DNA of 52,646 nucleotides, counting the filler, from Malassezia furfur (taxonomy: Eukaryota), in NCBI GenBank assembly GCA_052055015.1. It is 2 parts of 2 records of this genome, joined end to end, with 100 filler letters (N's around TTAATTAATTAA, not from the genome) between each part and the next. Parts side by side here need not be neighbours in the genome. Positions count along the whole stretch, not along the records: positions 26,403 to 52,646 come from JBQJIT010000129.1; 1 more part is not named here. The stretch is one strand, 5' to 3'. Below are positions 45,001 through 52,646 of this stretch, piece after piece (positions within the stretch are counted from its first letter, which is position 1; each line of letters opens with the position of its first letter). The position numbers and the translations under genes are program-made. The notes under the pieces are model-generated. The model was not told the DNA's origin and ran no database searches. It worked only from the letters and a program-made list of their open reading frames with translations.

Positions 45001-48000
45001 CCTTTCGCTCGAGGACGTCGACGAGCTGCTGGCGGAAGCGAAGCAGGCGGACATCGACGACGCTCACGTTCAGCTCGAGGCATTGCGCACACGGCGCACA
45101 CACGGCGAGGCTTGGGGCGTGCAGGCGCGCGCGCTGCTCGACGAGGCGCCGTCGATCGAACGTGCGGCCCTCGACGAGCTGCTTGCGGTGCCTGCCAACG
45201 TCGCAACCGCCACGGAGCTGCGGGCGCGCGTCGCGACGTTGCAGCACAAGGCGACGCAGTGGCGCGACACGCTGGCCAGCATCTACGACGAGACGCAGCC
45301 ACATGCACAGCATGCTGTGTCCTCTGCACAGGACCCACCGCGCCTCGCCGAAGCACGCCAGGTGCTTGCAGATGCAGAGGCCGCGCGCGTCGTTGTGCCG
45401 CTTGCTGAGGAAATTGCCGAAGGCATCGCGCTGCACGACAAGTGGAACGCCGAGCTCGCCCACATCCTGCGCAAGGTGCAGCCGCGCAGCAAGACCAACG
45501 ACCCGATCGAAATGGCGCGCAGCTTTTGCGAGCACACGGCACGGGCAGCCTCGGCCTCGGCGCTCAAGACATGGGAAGAGTATGCGGCATGGAAGGCGGC
45601 CACGGAGCGCGAGGCGGCCAAAGCCGAGGCGGCCAAAGCCGAGGCAGCCAAAGCCGAGGCAGCCAAAGCCGACGCATCGGAAGCACAGCAACGAGCTCAA
45701 GGAGAGGGCACGACGGTGCCCGCCACGGCCCAACAAGATGCCTCGGCGAATGTACCAGCGTCAGGGACCGATGCAGAGGCGGCGGCGGTGGGGGCAGCGA
45801 CCCCGGCTGTTGCTGCACCCGCGACCAATCCAGGTACGCCGGCGACTGCGCCGCCTTCTGCCGCTGCGCCCGCCGTGCCTACGTCGGCTGATGCAGAGAC
45901 GCCGACCGCACCTGCACCCGCAAGCACCGATGCGGCCACGCCCGATCTCTCAGAGACGGCTCCGGCGGCCGAGCGGCCTGTTCCAGCAGAGTCGACCCCC
46001 GCTGCGGCCCATTCCTCCCAGTCTGCTGGACCTGCTGCGTCTGCCCCCGCTGATGGCGTGTCGACGGCGCCGGCCTCGGGTACAGTGGATGGTGCACCGC
46101 CCGCTGCTGAGCCGACGTCTCCTGCACCCACTGCGGACGGCAGCGCACCGGCTCGTCAGCCGTCAGCGGCACCTGCAGCGGCCTCCGAGGCTTCTACGTT
46201 GCCGCCGGCTCCTCGCCGTGCGCCAACGCCACCGCCGGCCCCCGCGCCGTGCCTATGCTTTGAGGAGCTGCCAGAGCGGACGGCGTCGGTGACGTGTACG
46301 TCCTGCCAGACGCTCTACCACCTAAAGTGTCTCGACCTGCGTTCCAAGGGGCTGGGCAAGCAGTGGCAGTGCCCCTTTTGCGACCGCGAGAAGCTGCCTC
46401 CCCTCGTGCGGGCGCGGCACGCCGTGTCGCAGCTGCCTCTTGTGGCGCTCCTGCAGAACACCGCGTTCCAACGCGACAAGTTCCGCTTCCTCCCGTCCAA
46501 CTACATGCCGCTCCAAGCCGCGATCCGCGCCACGGTCGAGTTTGGCGTGGCCCTCACGATGCGCTTCCGGAGCGGCGTTTTGCCGCCCGAGCTCGTGGAT
46601 GCGCCGCGCACGACGCAGGTGCGTCCGACCCCCTTCTTGCGTGAAGTCGCCCGGCGCGGCGTCGGGTGTCCGGTCGATGTGCTGCTCATCGCCGACGCCA
46701 CACCGAAACAAAACGTGCCGAGTGTGCTGGATGCGCTGCTCCCCGCGTTTGGCATCCAGCCCGAGCCCCGCGCGCCGGAGCGCAAGCCGAGCGCGCCGAA
46801 ACCCGCGGCGGACGGCGCGGCGAAGCCGGTGCGGCGCTCGAAACGCGCGCGGCTCACGTTCCGCGAGGAGAAATTGCCCATGGCAAACGCCGATGTGCCT
46901 GTCCACTGCTTTTGTGGGCAGCCCGACACGGGCACCATGGTGCAATGCGATAAGTGCACGCTTTGGTTCCACAACACGTGCATGTGCATCGACGACCCCG
47001 ACGCGCTCCAAGAGAAGTGGTTCTGCCCCGTGTGCTGCCTGCGCCTGCGCCGCCGCTACCCCTTCGCCGAGGTGCGCATCGTCGACGAGACGTCGACGGC
47101 GCCTACGCCGCCGCTCCCGCCGAACCTCTTTGTGGATGTGCAGGCAAGTCTCCGGTCTGAGACCACGCCGGTGCACAAGATCCAGCACTGGACCAACGAG
47201 CGGCGGATTGTGCTGCACCTTGTGCACTTTGAGCCTGCAGTCCTCGCCCCAAGCGAGTCCAAGCCGGCAACGGCGCCGTCGCACGACGCGCCGCCGGCGC
47301 CGCAGGCGCCGCCCGCCAAGCGTGCCAAGCTATCGCCCGACCACGACTGGCACGACGCGGGGCGCCTTAACCTGCTGCGCCGCGGCGTCAGCGAGGCCAT
47401 GATGCAGCGCTACGCCATGGGATGGAACGGCGAAGCGATTGTGTGCCAACTCGCGCCCGACCGGCAGGTGGTTTTGGGTCCTACCATCCGTCTCGCGCCA
47501 GATGACGTCGATGGCACGCGACTGCTGCGCATGGCGCTCGAGGCGGCGTGGCGTCCGCCGCCGCCCAGCACACTGCACACAGACCCCCGCGCGGTGGCAC
47601 CGGCACCGGTGCCCGAGCACATGGGCGAGCGCTTTGTGCCGAGTGCGCCGATGCATGGCACACCGGCGGTACCACCACCGCCCCGGGCCGAGCCACTGCG
47701 CGCACCGGCGCCGGCATCCGTCCCGATCGGCGCGCCACGCGCTTCGCCGGGGATTGGGAACGCGTCGATGCCGCTTCCCAGCTTGCCGCCGCTGTCGGCG
47801 TCTCTGTCCCGCCCCGCGCCGTCGCCGCTCCCGCGGCCGTTTGTGCCGCACGACGCGGTGCGCCGCCGCGAAGACCTGCCTTGGCCTACGTCGCTCGGCG
47901 CACCAACCGACTTGGCGCGCGTGTCACCGCACTGCTCGCCTGGGGTCGAGCAGCTGCGTGCGTCGACGCCGATGCGTGCGCCCCATGAGGTGCTCGAGCG

Positions 48001-48106
48001 CCCGTCGCGCGCGCCGTCGACGCCGCTGCCGCCGCTGCAGGCGCCTTCTCGTCCGGGGCGCGAGGAAGCCGGCACATCCCAGCCCCTGCCGCCGTGGCAT
48101 CCCTAG
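42002..48106 (+). CDS. KDM5: KDM5/Lid2-type JmjC histone H3K4 demethylase
   Basis: JmjN (APTFYPTWDEFQDP), ARID, PHD, JmjC (FCWHNEDH...AYHSGFN), C5HC2 finger, PLU-1 region and two further PHD fingers. Confidence 0.94.
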   Translation: MSMPVGMRNGDIAADVPIKAEQNDTPPLHPSPRRAPTKRETPAASPRGKRGKRVPEHISCRDLGRYVDGVDAEAIEREAEAARAERKSKTQALSAMARTSEASTSDISGNAPGAHRHATRKMARMPRLTPLVYDYMHIPQEPDGPAPIATAATTPRRPLRTQPRVFGLQEAPTFYPTWDEFQDPMAYIEWVAKPDGGNGAAYGIAKIVPPEGWQMEFVADEQTFRFRTRVQRLNELSAEGRVAQNYREQLEQFHHQQGHGRISVPRIGGRVVDLYALKLAVQNSGEDDWSAVAQSLQLDDGTAPGVLKNVYARLVAPFEAYLATAKQHRVSSAPKRDAAPSTSAPRDARCEVCRVTDAEPQVVCSDCEKTFHVSCASLSHAPRGDWVCSACLVGTGGDFGFDDGETHSLHSFWQRCAAFQRTYAAHAMKHASPDDAERWARLPTRANTDATLIADEDLVEAEFWRLVHSAHELVDVEYGADVHSSVHGNASPSVERQPLSAYARSGWNMNNLPILPASLLRYIKSEISGMTVPWIYIGMMFSAFCWHNEDHYTYSVNYQHWGATKTWYGVPGADADKFEAAMQRIAPELFEACPDLLLQLVTMMSPALALREGVRTYACNQRPNEFVLTFPKAYHSGFNHGFNLNEAVNFALPDWVMDGLACVRRYQSFARQPVFSHDELLITIALHNQQLQTAVWLHPAYRDMVDRELAARNALRALPIVEECAEYDRREAEYQCQHCKALCYLSQVVSRTTSAIACPMHAREVHGDADPASWVLRLRFPDAYLESHANKLADRAAVPRNWQERVRKLLLQHPRPPLRTLQALAQEGEKIAFPLPELEQLQAFLARATPWAQRAEVFLTRRQKRSDVVPRRRGRQQREAAASPAVPETPPSAPNGVVQDRSPEALLQLCATVPTLPFDTPEFASLQAVVEQMDSFRRDAAAFLATDPEAADASHRVDDAERVLSQGALLHVDVPEVAALRRWIAHAKWFAELHGIGDKFLSLEDVDELLAEAKQADIDDAHVQLEALRTRRTHGEAWGVQARALLDEAPSIERAALDELLAVPANVATATELRARVATLQHKATQWRDTLASIYDETQPHAQHAVSSAQDPPRLAEARQVLADAEAARVVVPLAEEIAEGIALHDKWNAELAHILRKVQPRSKTNDPIEMARSFCEHTARAASASALKTWEEYAAWKAATEREAAKAEAAKAEAAKAEAAKADASEAQQRAQGEGTTVPATAQQDASANVPASGTDAEAAAVGAATPAVAAPATNPGTPATAPPSAAAPAVPTSADAETPTAPAPASTDAATPDLSETAPAAERPVPAESTPAAAHSSQSAGPAASAPADGVSTAPASGTVDGAPPAAEPTSPAPTADGSAPARQPSAAPAAASEASTLPPAPRRAPTPPPAPAPCLCFEELPERTASVTCTSCQTLYHLKCLDLRSKGLGKQWQCPFCDREKLPPLVRARHAVSQLPLVALLQNTAFQRDKFRFLPSNYMPLQAAIRATVEFGVALTMRFRSGVLPPELVDAPRTTQVRPTPFLREVARRGVGCPVDVLLIADATPKQNVPSVLDALLPAFGIQPEPRAPERKPSAPKPAADGAAKPVRRSKRARLTFREEKLPMANADVPVHCFCGQPDTGTMVQCDKCTLWFHNTCMCIDDPDALQEKWFCPVCCLRLRRRYPFAEVRIVDETSTAPTPPLPPNLFVDVQASLRSETTPVHKIQHWTNERRIVLHLVHFEPAVLAPSESKPATAPSHDAPPAPQAPPAKRAKLSPDHDWHDAGRLNLLRRGVSEAMMQRYAMGWNGEAIVCQLAPDRQVVLGPTIRLAPDDVDGTRLLRMALEAAWRPPPPSTLHTDPRAVAPAPVPEHMGERFVPSAPMHGTPAVPPPPRAEPLRAPAPASVPIGAPRASPGIGNASMPLPSLPPLSASLSRPAPSPLPRPFVPHDAVRRREDLPWPTSLGAPTDLARVSPHCSPGVEQLRASTPMRAPHEVLERPSRAPSTPLPPLQAPSRPGREEAGTSQPLPPWHP
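45611..45670 (+). repeat. 4 x 15-bp tandem repeat encoding (EAAKA)4
   Basis: GAGGCRGCCAAAGCC repeated four times inside KDM5. Confidence 0.9.
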
Positions 48107-48885
48107 TTTGCTTTGGTTGCTAGTATCCTACACAATCGGTCGAGCGACTCGCCCGGTCCCTGCACCATGCGTTCGCATACGGCCGCAAGGTGCGCACACA
48201 CACTCACGAGCGCCATGCACAGCGCCGCATGCATGGGCGCTGGTGGAGTCGTAAGGTGCGCCTGGATATACCTGTGGGTGAGTGTTGGGCACACGTACAC
48301 GAAACACGCTTGACTGCGTCGCTCGAGCTCCTTGACGGCGCTGCGCAGCGCTTGGGCCGCACGCAGCGCACGCACATACACCGACTTGCGTGGTTTCTGG
48401 GAAGGCGGCGTGGGGAAACGCGGTAGACTGCATAAGCTCGCGCGCACGTACCTCTCCCACCCCGAAGCGTCCTGGTCCCACAGCGACGTGTACGCCTGTG
48501 CGAGGCGCCAGAGCAGCTCCGTACCGAGCACGTGTGCGTCGGCGGCCAGGGGCACACACGCCGTTTCGCTCGGCATGCTTGGGGCGGCGCGCATGCTGCC
48601 CGCGGTCGGCACAGACCGCGCCAGTGGGCCCGTTGCGATCCGACACCCGAGCTGGCGGACGCACCGCACGCGGCGCCACCACACCATGTGCCGTAGCTGC
48701 GCATGATGCTTATACCATATCCGGTGTAGCGTATGAGTTTCGGTCGCGATTTCGCGCAACTCGGCGATCAGCGCACGCTGATGCTTGCGCAAGAGGCCTG
48801 GCAGTGCTGCCGAGGCGTTTCCGCCCGTGCCCGCGCGCGCGCTCGCGTTCGGCGTTGGCCCGGGCGCCGGCGCGGCTGGCCGCAT
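48103..48885 (-). CDS. Putative RNase MRP subunit Rmp1/Nepro-like protein; two probable in-frame introns
   Basis: LHRIWYKHHAQLRHMVWWRRVRCVR resembles the Rmp1/Nepro N-terminal motif, and there is a C-terminal hydrophobic helix. Candidate introns 48428-48451 (24) and 48272-48298 (27). The stop overlaps the KDM5 stop. Confidence 0.55.
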   Translation of the reverse strand: MRPAAPAPGPTPNASARAGTGGNASAALPGLLRKHQRALIAELREIATETHTLHRIWYKHHAQLRHMVWWRRVRCVRQLGCRIATGPLARSVPTAGSMRAAPSMPSETACVPLAADAHVLGTELLWRLAQAYTSLWDQDASGWERYVRASLCSLPRFPTPPSQKPRKSVYVRALRAAQALRSAVKELERRSQACFVYVCPTLTHRYIQAHLTTPPAPMHAALCMALVSVCAHLAAVCERMVQGPGESLDRLCRILATKAN

Positions 48886-48977
48886 GGTTTTTGGGCGAGG
48901 CGTCCCTCGCGGCGCGTGCGGCTGAGTCAGCCGTACGCGCGCGACGCGACGCGCCGCCACTGTAACACTTTGCTACG

Positions 48978-49888
48978 ATGGAGGGTAGGTCGCTTGTGCT
49001 CAACGCAGGGTACGGAGACAATCCGTTTGGACAAAACTACTCGACGGGGGGCGGCAATATGGGCGGCTTCTTTGGTGGTGCCAACGGCAGCCAGGAAGGC
49101 GGGCGTGTACGTGGAGTCCTTTCTCACCCAGCGCGTCGGGACGAATTCGCTGCGCCCTGTGACAGTGCGCCAGGTGCTGAATGCATCGCAGCCGCACTCG
49201 GATGCGCCATTTACGTTTGACAATGCGGAGCTGAGCCAGGTGACCCTGGTTGCCTGGATCCAAAACATCTCGCGGAACGCGACCAACGTTTCTTACACGC
49301 TCGACGACGGCACTGGCCAGCTCGACGTGCGCCAGTGGATCGACAACTCCATGGACGAGGGCGCCAAGGTCGACGAGTTCCACACGAATGAATACGTGCG
49401 CGTTTTGGGCGAGGTCAAGTCGTTCAACAACAAGCGCAGCGTGACGGCAGCGTCGATCGCACGGCTCGAGGACCACAACGAGTACCTCTTCCACCAGCTC
49501 GATGTGATCTACACGCATCTGCAGCTGTCCAAGAGCAGTGGCGCCGTACGTGTATTGACTGACGCACAGTCCACCAAGGCCTCGGGCCTGAACCAGGATG
49601 CGTCGGCGTACGACGATGCGTCCGTGGCGATCGACGCCTCCTCCGCGGACCTGTCGCACCTGACGCCGCTCCAGCGCCGCATCTACGGTGCGATCACCGC
49701 CGAGGCGCCCGACTACCCCGAGGGTGTTGACGTGCAGCAGATTGTGGCGCGGTGCAAGAATGCGGACCCCGCGCAGATCCAGTGCGTCACTTGCCTACTT
49801 ACACAGGGACGCCATCGACGAACTGGCCAACGACGGGTACATTTATCAGGCCAGCGACGAGACACATTACCTCACGACCGCGGGATAA
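48978..49888 (+). CDS. RFA2: Replication protein A 32-kDa subunit; four introns
   Basis: GGFF N-terminus, SLRPVTVRQV, YTLDDGTG, YVRVLG, NEYLFHQL and a C-terminal winged helix. Introns 48985-49008, 49107-49131, 49546-49569 and 49782-49806. Confidence 0.93.
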
Positions 49889-50131
49889 CGGCGCGACTCG
49901 GCATCACGCGGGTCTTATAGTACAGGAGCTACGCAGCGCGAGTATCCATGGTGTAGGGAATATGCACATCGGTAGACATGCCGCACGGTACGGTCGGATG
50001 CGTGCCGTGGCCCGCAGCGGACAGCTTGCGCGTGGCGGCGCGCCCGGGCGGCCGGTGGGCGCGTGGTCGACACTTGGGTGGATGCGAGGCGCCTCTCTTC
50101 CACCGCTCGTGGGGCGCCACAGCGGGGCCGC

Positions 50132-50395
50132 TCAATCGAAGAAGCGCACATCGGAGCGCTTGGGTTCTGTGTGAATGTGCGCACGACGTACGGATGAGCG
50201 GATGCAGCTGTGCCATGTACACACAGAACCACATCAGATAGCAGCACGACAGCGTGAGGACGACGCTCGAGCGGATCAAACTGCGTCAGCACAGGACACC
50301 TACACCTGGTTCGGGCCCTTGGGCGTGCTCGTCCACGTCACTGCGCCAATGATCACCGCGACAATCAAGACCCAGATGGTCGTCCAGCCCGACAT
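50132..50395 (-). CDS. VMA9: V-ATPase V0 subunit e; two introns
   Basis: PKGPNQV/LIRSSVVLTLSCCYLMWFCVYMAQLHPLI/QPKRSD. Introns 50281-50303 (23) and 50167-50191 (25). Confidence 0.93.
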
Positions 50396-50476
50396 GGTGG
50401 CTCGCGAGGGGTCGCCCGCTGCGTCACGTGCTACGGGCCACGACGTGCGGCGCGCGTGTGGAGCAACGAGCGGGGG

Positions 50477-52060
50477 ATGGATCTGGGTCTGGGCCGCGTG
50501 CAGGCGCTGCTGCGCCGCGTCGGCTCGCCGCATACGCGCTTCCCGGTGATCCATGTCGCCGGCACCAACGGAAAAGGAAGCACGACCGCGTACCTTGATA
50601 GCCTGCTGACGCATGGCGTTGGGCTGCGGTCGGCGCGCTTCAACAGTCCGCACCTCATGCTGCCGCGCGACTGTGCGCGCGTGCACGGCGGGGTGCCGAT
50701 TGATGCACAGACGTGGGCGTTGGCCGAGCAGCAGACGCGCTCTGCGGATGTCTCGGGTGGCGCATCCCGCTCGGACTCGCCGATCGACGCGACGCCGTTC
50801 GAGCTGCTCACCGTGCAGACGCTGCTTGCGTTTACGTTGCTGCCGCCCGAGACGCGACCCGAGGTGCTGGTGATCGAGGTCGGCGTGGGCGGTCGACTGG
50901 ACGCTACGAATGTGTTTCCTGCTGAGAATGTGCTCGCGAGCGTCATCTGCCCCATCGACCTCGACCACGAGTCGTTGCTGGGTGAAGGACTCGCGGCCAT
51001 TGCGCACGAAAAAGCCGGTATCGTCAAGCCGCGGGGTCTGTGCGTCGTGGCGGACCAGCGGCGCACGCATCTTGCGTCTGGACGTGGGATACGTGCCGCG
51101 CCGGTGGAGACGTCGATCCTGGCGTCGCTGCAGCAAACATGCCGGGAGCAGAACGCGCGTGTGGTGCCCACGACGGTCCCGTATGACGCGCTGCGGTTTG
51201 GCGCCCCCGCAGGCGTAGCAGATATCGCGCGCCTGCGCGCGCCCGTGGCGTTTTCCCTGCCGCTGCGCGGCGTCGGTGCGGCGGCGGATCCGTGGGATGC
51301 GCCCATCGAGGGCGCGGTGGATGTGCAGGTGGAAGCGACGCCCGCGCGACTCACGGGCAGCACCACGGCGCTCCAGACGCTGTGGAGCATTGCGCACGAC
51401 CGCAGTGAGGTGGGCCATGCGGATGCGGCGGCGCGGCAGGCGATCCGCGACGCGATCCGGACGCGACTCTTTGGCGCGGATGCGGCGTGTGCCGCGCGGG
51501 TGCAGGATGCGCTCGTGCGCTACGTGTGGGAAGGGCGGAGCGAGTGGAAGACGCTCGGGGCACACACGCCACTGCTGCTGGACGGCGCACACAATGCGGC
51601 ATCGGCGGCGGCGCTGCGGCTGTACCTCGAGGCGTGCCTGGACACGTATGCGTCGACGACGGCGGATGGTGCTGCGCCGCCGCCCGTGGACGTGCACCTC
51701 ACGTGGATCATGGCGTTCTCCGAGGGGAAGGACCAGCGCGGCATGCTCGATGCGCTGCTGCGCGACTGGCGCACGTCGGGCGCGTGGCGCTACGTGGCGC
51801 AGCGCGTGGCGTTTGTGCCCTTCTCGACGCCGGTCGAGGGCATGCCGTGGGTGCGCACCGCGGCGCCTGACGCGCTGCGCGCGACGCTGGCGGCGGCGCA
51901 CGTGCCTGGCGTGGGCGCGGCGCAGGTGTCGACGTGGGCGACGCTGCGCGAGGCGCTGGCGTGGGCCGTCGCGACGCCGCAGCCGGCGCTCGAAGTGGTG
52001 GTGGTGTGCGGCAGTTTGTACCTGACGAGCGACTACTACCGGGATTCGTGCGAGGCATAA
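50477..52060 (+). CDS. FOL3: Dihydrofolate synthase (FolC family)
   Basis: MDLGLGRVQALL, IHVAGTNGKGST, TPFELLT, IEVGVGGRLDATN, IDLDHESLLG, EKAGI, LLDGAHN and CGSLYL. Confidence 0.9.
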   Translation: MDLGLGRVQALLRRVGSPHTRFPVIHVAGTNGKGSTTAYLDSLLTHGVGLRSARFNSPHLMLPRDCARVHGGVPIDAQTWALAEQQTRSADVSGGASRSDSPIDATPFELLTVQTLLAFTLLPPETRPEVLVIEVGVGGRLDATNVFPAENVLASVICPIDLDHESLLGEGLAAIAHEKAGIVKPRGLCVVADQRRTHLASGRGIRAAPVETSILASLQQTCREQNARVVPTTVPYDALRFGAPAGVADIARLRAPVAFSLPLRGVGAAADPWDAPIEGAVDVQVEATPARLTGSTTALQTLWSIAHDRSEVGHADAAARQAIRDAIRTRLFGADAACAARVQDALVRYVWEGRSEWKTLGAHTPLLLDGAHNAASAAALRLYLEACLDTYASTTADGAAPPPVDVHLTWIMAFSEGKDQRGMLDALLRDWRTSGAWRYVAQRVAFVPFSTPVEGMPWVRTAAPDALRATLAAAHVPGVGAAQVSTWATLREALAWAVATPQPALEVVVVCGSLYLTSDYYRDSCEA

Positions 52061-52124
52061 AGAGAATCTCTACTAGGTTTACATAGACATACAAGCGCCG
52101 CGCGGCGCTGCACCCACGCGCCAC

Positions 52125-52646
52125 TCAAGACGCGCCCGGCGCCTCGGCGTCGCCGCCGTACGCCGCCGCATGCGAGTGCACGGGCTGCGCCCAGAACCCG
52201 ACGTAGGCGGGCGCCGCCGGCGGGTGCGGCGACGTCTCTGCGGGCATGGCGTCCGGCGGCGTGTCGGACGCGCCGTCGTCCATCGCCACGAGGTCGCTCG
52301 CCGTGACGCTGTTGCTGCTGAGCAGGCTCGACGACACGGCGCGCGCGGTGCGGTGGCGGTTGCGCAGGCTGAGCTGCCGCGCCATGTTCCACGAGGTGAG
52401 CGCACTGACGTGGCGCTGCGCATACGCGTCGCCGCCCGCGTCGCGCTCCTCGCCGCGGCTCGGCCCGGGCGGGAGGAGCACGGGGCTGTTGGGCACGTGG
52501 ATGCCGAGGTCAAAGTTGGGCGCGTGCGCGAGCGTCTCGGGCGACGCGCCGTTCGGCGAGCGGCTCGGCGCGGGCCACGACGCGGCAATCGCCTCGAGCA
52601 CGCCGTGCTCCTGCACGTCCTGCACCTCGTGCTCGCGCAGCGTCGT
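52125..52646 (-). CDS. C-terminal part of an unidentified protein (starts beyond the window end)
   Basis: Frame open from the window end to a TGA at 52125-52127 with coding-like codons, convergent on FOL3. Confidence 0.55.
   Translation of the reverse strand, partial: TTLREHEVQDVQEHGVLEAIAASWPAPSRSPNGASPETLAHAPNFDLGIHVPNSPVLLPPGPSRGEERDAGGDAYAQRHVSALTSWNMARQLSLRNRHRTARAVSSSLLSSNSVTASDLVAMDDGASDTPPDAMPAETSPHPPAAPAYVGFWAQPVHSHAAAYGGDAEAPGAS

Overview
Gene-dense, GC-rich fungal genomic DNA. The gene set, very short intergenic spacers and tiny GT-AG introns suggest Malassezia (Basidiomycota); this is an inference. About 28 protein-coding loci, mostly housekeeping: TAF2, MED7, UTP20, KRI1, ERG9, OLE1, an ARID protein, THS1, RRD1, PET112, SEC17, NDUFAF5, TRS20, a Myb-repeat protein, HBS1, CCT3, a GPI-type hydrolase, PMA1, TIM22, RPT2, KDM5, RFA2, VMA9 and FOL3. 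An artificial 100-bp scaffold spacer (N44-TTAATTAATTAA-N44) lies at 26303-26402. Main observations: (1) a Ski7-type terminal exon nested upstream of the HBS1 GTPase exon; (2) 23 introns inferred from sequence, 15 of them only 22-25 nt; (3) MED7 and UTP20 both truncated where they collide, leaving one open minus-strand frame from UTP20 through antisense MED7 into TAF2; (4) a 74-aa candidate RNA polymerase I A14 subunit; (5) an ARID protein with a Med15/Gal11-like helical domain; (6) a recurring GTCACGTG element in promoters. No tRNA, rRNA, CRISPR or transposon was recognised. All family assignments are from recalled motifs, not database searches.
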